Numbered from the stretch's first letter, positions 31,557 to 40,110 are shown. The stretch: 64,000 bases of DNA from Aerococcaceae bacterium (GCA_030525795.1 JAUNEB010000003.1:1179-65178), one strand, 5' to 3'. A program made the numbers and translations. Notes: generated from the letters alone by a model not told the origin.

Positions 31557-32843
31557 CTATCTAGGAGGTTTAACCCATACCTTTACTTGCTTGATCGGTG
31601 GCGATGATTCGGGTGTTTTCAATAAATACGCTGCCGCTCCTCCTGCAAGTTGATCGTGTTTTGCACATTCATGCCAATTACCAAAAAATAAATGTTTAAT
31701 TCTACCTTCAGCGTCATCGATAATCAAACGCGCAATTGTCTCTGCCCCTTGCTTTGACCAATACATACCGTTACGTTTCATGCGATTCGCTAACTTACAA
31801 TGTTGTGACTCTATAATCCCAATACCATCTTTTAAGTTCACAGGTCTTGGCTTGGTATATTCAAAATATCTCATCAACATTCTCTTTAACTGCTCGAAAA
31901 CTACCATCTTATGGCTTCCAACTACTAATGATTCGGTTGTATCCAAAATCTCACGTGCGCGTTGTTTATTACGTTTCATAATACTTGCCAATAACTTTTG
32001 TTTCAAATCGTTATTCTGGAATCGGTAAACTTCGTCTATTTGCTTCAACAAATGATACTTATCCCAATAGTGCTGATGACGGCAACCAATCCCTTTCGCA
32101 AGCTCCTTAAACACATAAGGACTATACCCCTTTCCCATATCAGCATTTGTCACCAACAACATATTTGGATGTGTTTTGTAATGACTAAGGACATACTCTA
32201 ATACCTTCTCACGTGCCTCTAAATTGCTGATCGATACAATCTCATGTTTATTTATCAAACGTTTACGTTTCTTCCCATATTCATACTCGCATCCTTCATG
32301 TATCACATAATGCGCGAGTTCTGTACGGCTTTCTTGGTGTGTGCGAGTTTTGACGCTAATCCCATCTCCCTCGATATATAAACAATCCACTTGGCGTTGA
32401 TGTTCGGGTTCTTCTATCAAATATAGATCTTGTTGCTTATACAACTCTCCTGCAAGTTTAACGGCTTTCAATACCGCATCTTTCGTGATAATCGTACCGG
32501 TCATATTTTCAACAACTTTTACCACTTTACGATATGGAATCTTAATGGCTAGTTCAGATAGCTGCATCAAAAAATAAGGTGAATGACGATTATATTTTTC
32601 AAGCCCTAATACCTCATCTAATGGATAACAATATTGGTTACCTTTCTGATAACATTTGCGGCTGAATCGCACCTCACCTAATGCAAATATGACAGTACGC
32701 TCTGCTGTTTTTACATACTTCCATCCTGCAAGTTCCCACTTACCCTTCACTTCATTTTCTAACTGCTTTAACTTTTGGATAAAGTGAGTAATGGATTGTT
32801 GTTGACATTCTTTCGTCCAACTAGATTCGTCATACTTCATCAA
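31557..32843 (-). CDS. ISLre2-family (UPF0236, Mutator-like DDE) transposase
   Basis: ERTVIFALGEVRFSR, LYIEGDG, NADMGKGY, WDKYHL, GIGIIESQH, RMKRNGMYWSKQGAE. Confidence 0.9.
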   Translation of the reverse strand: MMKYDESSWTKECQQQSITHFIQKLKQLENEVKGKWELAGWKYVKTAERTVIFALGEVRFSRKCYQKGNQYCYPLDEVLGLEKYNRHSPYFLMQLSELAIKIPYRKVVKVVENMTGTIITKDAVLKAVKLAGELYKQQDLYLIEEPEHQRQVDCLYIEGDGISVKTRTHQESRTELAHYVIHEGCEYEYGKKRKRLINKHEIVSISNLEAREKVLEYVLSHYKTHPNMLLVTNADMGKGYSPYVFKELAKGIGCRHQHYWDKYHLLKQIDEVYRFQNNDLKQKLLASIMKRNKQRAREILDTTESLVVGSHKMVVFEQLKRMLMRYFEYTKPRPVNLKDGIGIIESQHCKLANRMKRNGMYWSKQGAETIARLIIDDAEGRIKHLFFGNWHECAKHDQLAGGAAAYLLKTPESSPPIKQVKVWVKPPR

Positions 32844-32909
32844 GTGTCACCCCTTCTACCCCTTTAGTATAACAACTCCTTCACAACTTTCAAATGGAGT
32901 TATCAGTAA

Positions 32910-32930
32910 TTTTTGCCATGCTGGCAAAAA
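32910..32930. repeat. 21-bp element palindrome, copy 1 of 15
   Basis: TTTTTGCCATGCTGGCAAAAA. Confidence 0.95.
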
Positions 32931-32965
32931 TTCATTGTCTCAATCAAACAAAGGGGTGTACACAG

Positions 32966-32994
32966 TTGACAAACTACGCAATGCGTGGTATTGT
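32966..32994 (+). promoter_or_regulatory. Promoter with palindromic operator (C(T/C)ACGC-N3-GCGTGG) in the spacer
   Basis: TTGACA-AACTACGCAATGCGTGG-TATTGT; near-identical spacer at 35550-35578. Confidence 0.7.
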
Positions 32995-33137
32995 GTAGTT
33001 GTAAAATAAAACAGTAACTTGCTGTTTAGGAGGTGAGCGAGTGCTCGATAAAAAAATTGAAATTGGTGGTCGAGTATATAGATCGCTAAACGATGTTTCG
33101 AACCGCAATTTTATCTAAGGAAGGAAAGAAATGAAAG

Positions 33138-33638
33138 ATGAGACCGATAGACTATTATCATAATGATAAAAATATCATAGGGCATCAGTTTGGGCGATTG
33201 ACTCCTTTAAAAAGGATTAGTGAAAAAGGTAAAGCGGTCTACCTCTGTCGGTGTCTGTGCGGAACAGAATTAGCAGTTAAAGGTGGGTATTTGGTTTCAA
33301 AAACCACGAGGTCTTGTGGGTGTCTAAAAACAGAAAACTCACGAAAGCTGATGCAAAATATCCAAGATAAAGGTCACAACGAACTGAGAAAACATGCGAT
33401 TGAGGGGACGAACACCATTTCCTTTAACCAAAAAGTATCCAAAAATAGCAAGACTGGGATAAAAGGTGTCAGCAAATATAAGTCTGGGCAATACAGAGCT
33501 TATTTAACTATAAAGCGTAAACAAATTCATCTTGGAATTTTTGAAACAATGGAAGAAGCAGCTGCAGCGCGATTAGAGGCTGAGAAAATTTATTATAAAC
33601 CGTATTTAGAGATAAGGGGAGACAAAAATGAAATTTGA
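33138..33638 (+). CDS. AP2-domain DNA-binding protein (phage-like, Cys-rich N-terminus)
   Basis: GHQFGRLT, YLCRCLCG, TRSCGC, then NSKTGIKGVS...YRAYL...IHLGIFETMEEAAAARLEAE. Confidence 0.85.
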   Translation: MRPIDYYHNDKNIIGHQFGRLTPLKRISEKGKAVYLCRCLCGTELAVKGGYLVSKTTRSCGCLKTENSRKLMQNIQDKGHNELRKHAIEGTNTISFNQKVSKNSKTGIKGVSKYKSGQYRAYLTIKRKQIHLGIFETMEEAAAARLEAEKIYYKPYLEIRGDKNEI

Positions 33639-33936
33639 ACTGTTTAAGCAACTATACGCCGAAGCCTTGGAAGAATCCGATTTAGAATACTACATCGCTG
33701 AACGAGGCTGGCAAGAATGGATGGAAAACTACACGGCTCAAGAGATAGCAGATATATTGAATCGTGTACACACTTTAGCCAATAATCCCTTAAAAGATAC
33801 CCGCCAGAACTCTAGGGCAGAATTTTGTAGAGAGTACAACATTCCTTTGCGTACGGTGGAGGACTGGGATTCTGGAAATCGCACCCCGCCATCCTACATA
33901 AAACTTTTAATCGATTTTGCGCAGTTTAATCGCTAA
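33628..33936 (+). CDS. Helix-turn-helix protein (Xre-like C-terminal HTH)
   Basis: SRAEFCREYNIPLRTVEDWDSGNRTPP. Confidence 0.8.
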   Translation: MKFELFKQLYAEALEESDLEYYIAERGWQEWMENYTAQEIADILNRVHTLANNPLKDTRQNSRAEFCREYNIPLRTVEDWDSGNRTPPSYIKLLIDFAQFNR

Positions 33937-33962
33937 TCTCTGATTAGAATCACATACCTCTA

Positions 33963-34083
33963 TGGCGAACCCTGTTCGCCGTTGAAGCAAGTAATTTCAA
34001 AGTACATACAACACTACAAAATTTCACTTCTACAACCCTCTCCCTAAAATGAATAGCGTTATTTTTTGCCATGCTGGCAAAAA
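33963..34083 (+). repeat. 121-bp module B (GGCGAAC/GTTCGCC hairpin to palindrome copy 2), repeated at 37404-37524
   Basis: Near-identical direct repeat by inspection. Confidence 0.9.
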
Positions 34084-34159
34084 TATGAATTGATATAATT
34101 ATTAACCCCACCTCCTGCGCGGAAGTGGGGATCTTTTTACTCTTATACAGCTGTTTTTT

Positions 34160-34537
34160 CTAAACTCGATCTAAGCAATTGAATCTCATAGACGGGTGTA
34201 TCTTTTTTGTAAAACCTCGCTCACCGTAAACGGTAAAATAAGCAAATTCTTTTTGACTGTTCGCCAAGTAAAGATTGATGAATTGATAGTTTCTCTTCAT
34301 CTTAACAATTTGAGGGGATGTGTTGAATTTAATTTCCCCATCATAGTCTATATATCCAATCCCGACAAGACCAACTTCTCGTGTCATCAACCCTGCTTCA
34401 TCTAGCGGGTCAGCGCAAACCCACTCTAAAGCCTCCAAAAATTCTTCCTGTGTAACTTTTCCGAATTTTTCCCACTGCTTAAACAATTTGCTATTGCCAG
34501 ATAAAACAATTTTCTTTTTAGTTTCAAAGTTATTCAT
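34160..34537 (-). CDS. Hypothetical cargo protein
   Basis: Intact ORF with overlapping start/stop to the upstream gene; hairpin at 34104-34131 downstream. Confidence 0.7.
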   Translation of the reverse strand: MNNFETKKKIVLSGNSKLFKQWEKFGKVTQEEFLEALEWVCADPLDEAGLMTREVGLVGIGYIDYDGEIKFNTSPQIVKMKRNYQFINLYLANSQKEFAYFTVYGERGFTKKIHPSMRFNCLDRV

Positions 34538-35027
34538 TCACTATCCCGCCTTTAGATTTTTTTAAGATACCTACATACTTCCCTGGTAGCTCTACTCTTT
34601 CGTAAGTAGCTACGCCATGATTTTCATCATCTATTTCTGCGTAATCCGTAAAGGTTGGAGGTTCGTTTAGGTCCTGTAAGCGCGGGTTTGATGTATAACG
34701 CTTAAAAATAACATGAGGTGTTTTGTTGTAATAATAATGGTCCGAAAAAATCGCGATGTATTCGTCGTATTTATCGAGGTTACTAAAAAAATTCATGCCG
34801 TAAGATTTGTGACTCAAGATTTGAGATATAATCCCCATAAGCAAGCGAGCGATCTCTTCATCTTTTTTAGGAGCTTGCGGTAGAGGTGGTCCAAAAAAAT
34901 CTTTTGCCTCTTCGCTCATACCCTCATAGTCTTCAAAATATTCTTTTCCGTCAAAGCCGTTAGTTAGCTCTACTTCAAATCCTAATATTTTTAATTGCTC
35001 TTTTAAGTTGTCAATTAATTTTTTCAT
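34530..35027 (-). CDS. Hypothetical acidic cargo protein
   Basis: AGAGGTAATC RBS module shared with three other genes. Confidence 0.75.
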   Translation of the reverse strand: MKKLIDNLKEQLKILGFEVELTNGFDGKEYFEDYEGMSEEAKDFFGPPLPQAPKKDEEIARLLMGIISQILSHKSYGMNFFSNLDKYDEYIAIFSDHYYYNKTPHVIFKRYTSNPRLQDLNEPPTFTDYAEIDDENHGVATYERVELPGKYVGILKKSKGGIVNE

Positions 35028-35128
35028 TTTGATTACCTCTTTCTGTTTTTGTATCTTCTACCTGTCTTTATTACAACATAAGGTTTGCACAAATTTTGCT
35101 TGTCCCATATTTTTATCCTTCTAAAAAT

Positions 35129-35506
35129 CTATTTTTTCCAACGAACCTTAGTTCCAGCTTCTTCTTGCATTTTTGCGGCATTCAACCATTTCTCAAAATT
35201 GAGATTTTCTTCGTCAGAACCTACAAATTCCTCGTGGTTGCCCCATTCCTTAACCACCCAATAATTTTTGTCCAATATTACTTCGTTCCCGTAATAATTT
35301 ATTGATACTTGCCAATCTTTAACAAAAACAACCTGTGTTTCGCTTAAAATCAACGCATAACCATACTTAGTTTTTAATAAGTGGTCATCGCCAACTCTCA
35401 CAACAATTTTTGTTTTATCTTCCGAAACCCGCTTCATTGTTAAATATTGGTTGCTGTCCTCTTTTACGTCTAGTCCCGCAAATCTAAAATCGTTGAATTT
35501 TGTCAT
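35129..35506 (-). CDS. Hypothetical cargo protein
   Basis: Same RBS module; strong promoter at 35550-35578. Confidence 0.8.
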   Translation of the reverse strand: MTKFNDFRFAGLDVKEDSNQYLTMKRVSEDKTKIVVRVGDDHLLKTKYGYALILSETQVVFVKDWQVSINYYGNEVILDKNYWVVKEWGNHEEFVGSDEENLNFEKWLNAAKMQEEAGTKVRWKK

Positions 35507-35549
35507 TTTGATTACCTCTTTCTGTTTTTATTATCAACCTTACAATTAT

Positions 35550-35578
35550 ATTGTACCACGCGTTGCGTGGTTTGTCAA
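35550..35578 (-). promoter_or_regulatory. Consensus promoter with CCACGC-N3-GCGTGG operator
   Basis: TTGACA-AACCACGCAACGCGTGG-TACAAT. Confidence 0.75.
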
Positions 35579-35643
35579 CACTTTTATTTATTTTTTTATT
35601 TTTTTTACACAACAAATATCTAGATAAAACTTAAAACTAAATC

Positions 35644-35802
35644 TTATTCCAAAGGATCATTCATGGATTGTAATTCATTCATTACAGATTCATAAAATTC
35701 CAACGCTGTCAAAGCCCCTACTGGAACTGCTTCTTCTTCTAAATAATAATCAACAATAATATTTTTATTAAACAATTCATTGCATTCTCGTCCTACAAGC
35801 AC
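35644..35802 (-). CDS. Possible small acidic protein (52 aa, MLVGRECNELFNKNIIVDYYLEEEAV...)
   Basis: Open frame from GTG with AGAGGA upstream; not in the ORF track. Confidence 0.35.
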   Translation of the reverse strand: MLVGRECNELFNKNIIVDYYLEEEAVPVGALTALEFYESVMNELQSMNDPLE

Positions 35803-35894
35803 CAAACCATCCTCTTATATCGTAGGTTTAACACTACGTCAAGTTAAACCTACGTTTTAGTGAGGTAAATCTCCTAATAATGAGCTTACGCTTA

Positions 35895-36199
35895 TTTTTG
35901 CCATGCTGGCAAAAATCTCCTCCAATCGCTCGCCAAGTCTTCGATGCTTTGAAACCGTAACTGATATTGACTCGTCAAATCACGGTTTCTAAACCCTCGT
36001 GCGACTTGTCAGCGATTGGCGGCGGTCACGTTACCTAAAGGTAACGTCCCTTTCGACGTCTAACACAATTCGCCCCGTTTCGCAAGGGTAAACATGCAGT
36101 GCTGCCTAAGCTCCTATGTCGCTAAGGCGCACTAGCCCTTGTCTAAACGTGGCGAACCGCGTTCGCCGTTGAAGTAAGCCAGCCGCGATGCGTCTGGAA
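35895..36199 (+). repeat. 305-bp structured repeat A, copy 1 (starts with palindrome copy 3)
   Basis: Near-identical to 37149-37428, 39349-39653 and 40392-40696; nested inverted repeats. Confidence 0.95.
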
Positions 36200-36289
36200 C
36201 TTTATCAAAAGGAGTGATAACAATGAACACCTCATAGACTGAAATCGAAAAGCATAGCCAACTAACATAAACATAAAGGAGTAACTAAC

Positions 36290-36652
36290 ATGGGATTAGA
36301 CCAATACATTTTTACTAGAAACAATAAAGAAGATGACCCTACTGTGTGGCAATCGTTTAGAAAGGTCAATTGCTTACAAGGATATTTTGAAAATAACTTC
36401 AATATAGAAAATTGCGTACCGTTTTCGATTGAAAAACACATGGTAGAAGAAGTGATTGACCTCACCAATCAAGTGCTTGAAAATCCAACACTTGGAAAAG
36501 ATTTATTTCCGATACAGCTTGGCTTTTTCTACGGGAACTATGAATACAATGATTGGTATTTAGAAGATGTCACAAAAACCAATACAGCCTTTAAGCGATT
36601 ATTGGAAGTTTTTGATACATTCGCAACAGTTGAATATTATTGTTGGTGGTAA
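36290..36652 (+). CDS. Conserved phage/ICE hypothetical protein (MGLD...RKVN...GFFYG...YYCWW type)
   Basis: AAAGGAG RBS; motif pattern recurrent in mobile-element proteins. Confidence 0.8.
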   Translation: MGLDQYIFTRNNKEDDPTVWQSFRKVNCLQGYFENNFNIENCVPFSIEKHMVEEVIDLTNQVLENPTLGKDLFPIQLGFFYGNYEYNDWYLEDVTKTNTAFKRLLEVFDTFATVEYYCWW

Positions 36653-36706
36653 ATAAATACACTCCCCCTTAATTAAGGGGGAGCATTAAAGAAAGGAACT
36701 CAACAC

Positions 36707-37105
36707 ATGACAAAAAAATATTATGACGAATTTAGCCGATTGACCGTCGAAAAAATGGCTCAAAGCATCTCTGAAATGACCTATGCACACAATCAAACAC
36801 AAGTGCCAACCTCTCATTACAAAAAATTACTACAAGCAAATGTCATTGAACTATTAGCACAAGATAACGTAGTACAGTCTTTATTATTAAACGCGATTTT
36901 GAGCCAACTTCATGCCCTACAAAAAGAAAGTCCAGAACTATTTTTCAAAGCACTTGTCTGTTTTGATATGGGTGTTAAGTCCGATAAAATCAATCAACAG
37001 GTATTAGATAACTTGGAACGCGCATGGCAAGTACACAAGTCAACAAAACAACTATTGACTGATAGTATCCGAGCAACCTACGAAACTCGAATTATTCCTA
37101 AGTGA
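36707..37105 (+). CDS. Hypothetical ICE protein
   Basis: AAAGGA RBS; followed by a terminator at 37113-37150. Confidence 0.8.
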   Translation: MTKKYYDEFSRLTVEKMAQSISEMTYAHNQTQVPTSHYKKLLQANVIELLAQDNVVQSLLLNAILSQLHALQKESPELFFKALVCFDMGVKSDKINQQVLDNLERAWQVHKSTKQLLTDSIRATYETRIIPK

Positions 37106-37148
37106 TATGACAACACAACCGCTTGAATGCCCACAGCGGTTGTGTTAT

Positions 37149-37428
37149 TTTTTGCCATGCTGGCAAAAATCTCCCCCAATCGCTTGCCAAGTCTTCGATG
37201 CTTTGAAACCGTAACTGATATTGACTCGTCAAATCACGGTTTCTAAACCCTCGTGCGACTTGTCAGCGATTGGCGGCGGTCACGTTACCTAAAGGTAACG
37301 TCCCTTTCGACGTCTAACACAATTCGCCCCGTTTCGCAAGGGTAAACATGCAGTGCTGCCTAAGCTCCTATGTCGCTAAGGCGCACTAGCCCTTGTCTAA
37401 ACGTGGCGAACCGTGTTCGCCGTTGAAG
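37149..37428 (+). repeat. Repeat A copy 2 (280 bp, no downstream gene; runs into module B)
   Basis: Direct sequence identity with the other copies. Confidence 0.95.
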
Positions 37429-37524
37429 CAAGTAATTTCAAAGTACATATAACACTACAAAATATTACTTCTACAACCCTCTCCCTAAAATGAATAGCAT
37501 TATTTTTTGCCATGCTGGCAAAAA
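37404..37524 (+). repeat. Module B copy 2, ending in palindrome copy 5
   Basis: Matches 33963-34083. Confidence 0.9.
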
Positions 37525-37586
37525 TATATGAATTTAGACATTCGTAACCCCTACCTCCTGCTGTGCATGGAAGTAGGGGTTATGAG

Positions 37587-38024
37587 TTATAGTTGGGTAT
37601 ATCTGCTTTCTAAAGCCTCCGTTATAATCATGCGTATCGGTTTGCCTGTCTCGGACTTTTCCTTCTCCACTTTATCCGCAAGCACCGTCGGAATCTGCAA
37701 ATGAATATTTGTCATCCCGTCTTCATCGCTGCTGCCGAATTCCTTCTCGCACTCAACGACTTTCAGCTTTTCTTCCGCCCATTTTCTTGCCTCATCAAAA
37801 GTCAAGGGCATAATCTTCTCGCCTGGACCGCGCATATCGTTGTAAGTTCCTGCATACTTAGATAACCCGCCACCCTTACCGTGGATAAAGTATTCACCCG
37901 TGCGTTTTTTGTATAGCGTTTCGGTGTAAAACGCAAAAGCATTCACGGGATAATCGGCTTTGTAAGTGCCAATTTCTTTTGCGGTAGTCGTGTCATAAAC
38001 TTTGTTTTGAATAATTTTTTTCAT
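37587..38024 (-). CDS. Mobile-element protein with probable C-terminal ribbon-helix-helix
   Basis: MKKIIQNKVYDTTTAKEIG...ETLYKKRTGEYF; C-terminal TNIHLQIPTVLADKVEKE...IITEALE. Confidence 0.75.
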   Translation of the reverse strand: MKKIIQNKVYDTTTAKEIGTYKADYPVNAFAFYTETLYKKRTGEYFIHGKGGGLSKYAGTYNDMRGPGEKIMPLTFDEARKWAEEKLKVVECEKEFGSSDEDGMTNIHLQIPTVLADKVEKEKSETGKPIRMIITEALESRYTQL

Positions 38025-38049
38025 AGTTAATTTTCTCCTTTTACATTTT

Positions 38050-38496
38050 TCAACTGTATCTTTTCTCTTCAATCCAATACTTAGCGCTCGTGTTTTGAAA
38101 CTCTTTTTCCCACTTATCTTGTACCCAGTCGATAAGAGCTTTTTCTTTCAATTTTCTGTACGCTACATATACTTCTTTGTTAGCACGACGAAACTCGCGT
38201 GCCGTATCCTTATCTTCCGGTGTTCTCCCCAAATGAAAATCGGAATTATTTCTCTCTAATTCTTCGTTCCAAACAACTGCATAGATTTCTTCATATTTTT
38301 CTTTCTCATCATCTCTAACGATAAACCATCTAGCGTTGCTTAAAGTGTTGATCTCTTCTAACGTTAACTTTTCTCCACTTAGTTTTTTTTCAGATAAAGC
38401 TACGAACACTTCTAGCTTCTTAACATACGTGTTTCTAATATCTTGCGCCCATTTGACTTGTTTTTCGCTTCCTTGCAACTCTACTAAATTCATCAT
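38050..38496 (-). CDS. Hypothetical cargo protein (LQGSEKQVKWAQDIR...SAKYWIE type)
   Basis: Shared promoter/RBS module. Confidence 0.8.
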   Translation of the reverse strand: MMNLVELQGSEKQVKWAQDIRNTYVKKLEVFVALSEKKLSGEKLTLEEINTLSNARWFIVRDDEKEKYEEIYAVVWNEELERNNSDFHLGRTPEDKDTAREFRRANKEVYVAYRKLKEKALIDWVQDKWEKEFQNTSAKYWIEEKRYS

Positions 38497-38538
38497 GTTG
38501 ATTACCTCTTTGTTTTTTATTATCTCTTAACTGTCTTA

Positions 38539-38567
38539 ATTTTATCATAGAGTTTGTACAAAGTCAA
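38539..38567 (-). promoter_or_regulatory. Promoter with TTTGTACAAA operator
   Basis: TTGACT-17 bp-(TGa)TAAAAT. Confidence 0.7.
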
Positions 38568-38664
38568 GTTTTTTGCAAAAAAAGTTGCTCTCTTTATAAA
38601 ATAATTTTTTCTCTCCCCCTTACGTCCTTATGAAACAAAAAAAGCAACCTCGCGGCTGCTTAAA

Positions 38665-39201
38665 TCATTCGTTAGGCAAGTAGTATGCGACCATGCGGTT
38701 GAAAAAGTCCTCTCTTTTTTGTTTAAGTTCGTCAATAGCTTCTGTAATGCTGACATATCCTTTTTTAAGCGATTCATCTTTACAAGATTCAAAATATTGA
38801 TTCAAGATTTCTTCTGCGCTATGGCGAGCATAAAATTCCAAATTGCTCTCTGTCTCTGATAAAGCGTTGTATTTTTTTTGCATGCTCTTGTCAAAGTAGT
38901 CATATACAACGTCTAAAATTTTATCAAAGCAATATTCGTAGTGGTCCAAATTTTTAACGGTCAACACTTCGTTAAAATACTTGATGTTTCCATCGCATCT
39001 GCGATCAATTACGAGACTGTAGCTATTGTAACGCCATAGGGTTAAGTTAACCCCGTAAAAATTTAGAAAGTTATCTAAAACAAAGTCAATCTTAAAATGT
39101 TTCTTGATATATTCGTAGGTTAGTAATGTATCAACGTCCGCAATTGCTTCAATCTCACCTAAAATGCTTAAAATGATTTGGATAGTTTGTTGATGTATCA
39201 T
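38665..39201 (-). CDS. Hypothetical cargo protein
   Basis: Shared promoter/RBS module; own terminator at 38636-38661. Confidence 0.75.
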   Translation of the reverse strand: MIHQQTIQIILSILGEIEAIADVDTLLTYEYIKKHFKIDFVLDNFLNFYGVNLTLWRYNSYSLVIDRRCDGNIKYFNEVLTVKNLDHYEYCFDKILDVVYDYFDKSMQKKYNALSETESNLEFYARHSAEEILNQYFESCKDESLKKGYVSITEAIDELKQKREDFFNRMVAYYLPNE

Positions 39202-39243
39202 GCTGATTACCTCTTTCTTTTTTATTATCTCTTAACTGTCTTT

Positions 39244-39272
39244 ATTATAGCATAGAGTTTGTACAAAATCAA
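39244..39272 (-). promoter_or_regulatory. Promoter with TTTGTACAAA operator
   Basis: TTGATT-17 bp-(TGc)TATAAT. Confidence 0.7.
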
Positions 39273-39348
39273 GTGTTTTCTTATTTTTTTTTTGCCTTTT
39301 CAGTGAAGAACATAATTAAACCAATCTCCACCTCATAGATGTGTTTCT

Positions 39349-39653
39349 TTTTTGCCATGCTGGCAAAAATCTCCCCCAATCGCTGGCCAAGTCTTCGATG
39401 CTTTGAAACCGTAAACGATATTGACTCGTCAAATCACGGTTTCTAAACCCTCGCGCGACTTGTCAGCGATTGGAGGCGGTCACGTTACCTAAAGGTAACG
39501 CCCCTTTCGACGTCTAACACAATTCGCCCCGTTTCGCAAGGGTAAACATGCAGTGCTGCCTAAGCTCCTATGTCGCTAAGGCGCACTAGCCCTTGTCTAA
39601 ACGTGACGAACCGCGTTCGCCGTTGAAGTAAGCCAGCCGCGATGCGACTGGAA
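39349..39653 (+). repeat. Repeat A copy 3
   Basis: Direct identity with a few substitutions. Confidence 0.95.
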
Positions 39654-39678
39654 AATAAATAGAAAAGAGGAACTCACT

Positions 39679-40110
39679 ATGAAAAATATCAAACAAATTA
39701 CTAACGCACTTTATTTTGTTGAACCAACTAAACTCACACGAGAATATGCAATTAAAGTATTAATCGAAACTTTTGAAGACTACGACGGGCGTATTTGCGA
39801 CCTACACATTGACATATTCGACTATACCCGTAAATTCATCTTCTACGCTGAAGCAGAAGCAGAACTTTACGCGTATAACGTTTTTGACGCGATTGCCGAC
39901 ATCCAAGAATATGAAGAAGAACACTACGGAAAAATCTGCACCGATTTATCCAACTCTTGCGACATCGCAAACATGATTTTCTACATCATCTTCTACAAAC
40001 TCATCGGGGAACTTAACAGCATTCAAAATAACTGGGACAAAAAAATAACCGACGAAATACGACAAGAGGTTTTGACCGAATTATACGATTTACAAGAATT
40101 AGTAGCATAA
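39679..40110 (+). CDS. Acidic phage-like hypothetical protein
   Basis: AAAGAGG RBS right after repeat A; D/E-rich. Confidence 0.8.
   Translation: MKNIKQITNALYFVEPTKLTREYAIKVLIETFEDYDGRICDLHIDIFDYTRKFIFYAEAEAELYAYNVFDAIADIQEYEEEHYGKICTDLSNSCDIANMIFYIIFYKLIGELNSIQNNWDKKITDEIRQEVLTELYDLQELVA

Noticed and set aside
32910-32930. 21-bp palindrome as an intrinsic terminator
   Set aside because: The T-run is 5' and the A-run 3' on both strands, and real terminators lie next to several copies.
33138-33936. Prophage
   Set aside because: AP2, HTH and MTase genes are phage-like, but no structural, packaging or lysis genes are present.
37507-37704. ORFs or extensions beginning MPCWQK or MLAKI (also 60710-60961 and the long starts of the 60967 and 61317 ORFs)
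   Set aside because: These starts come from TTG/ATG inside the palindrome and lack an RBS; better RBS-linked starts exist downstream.
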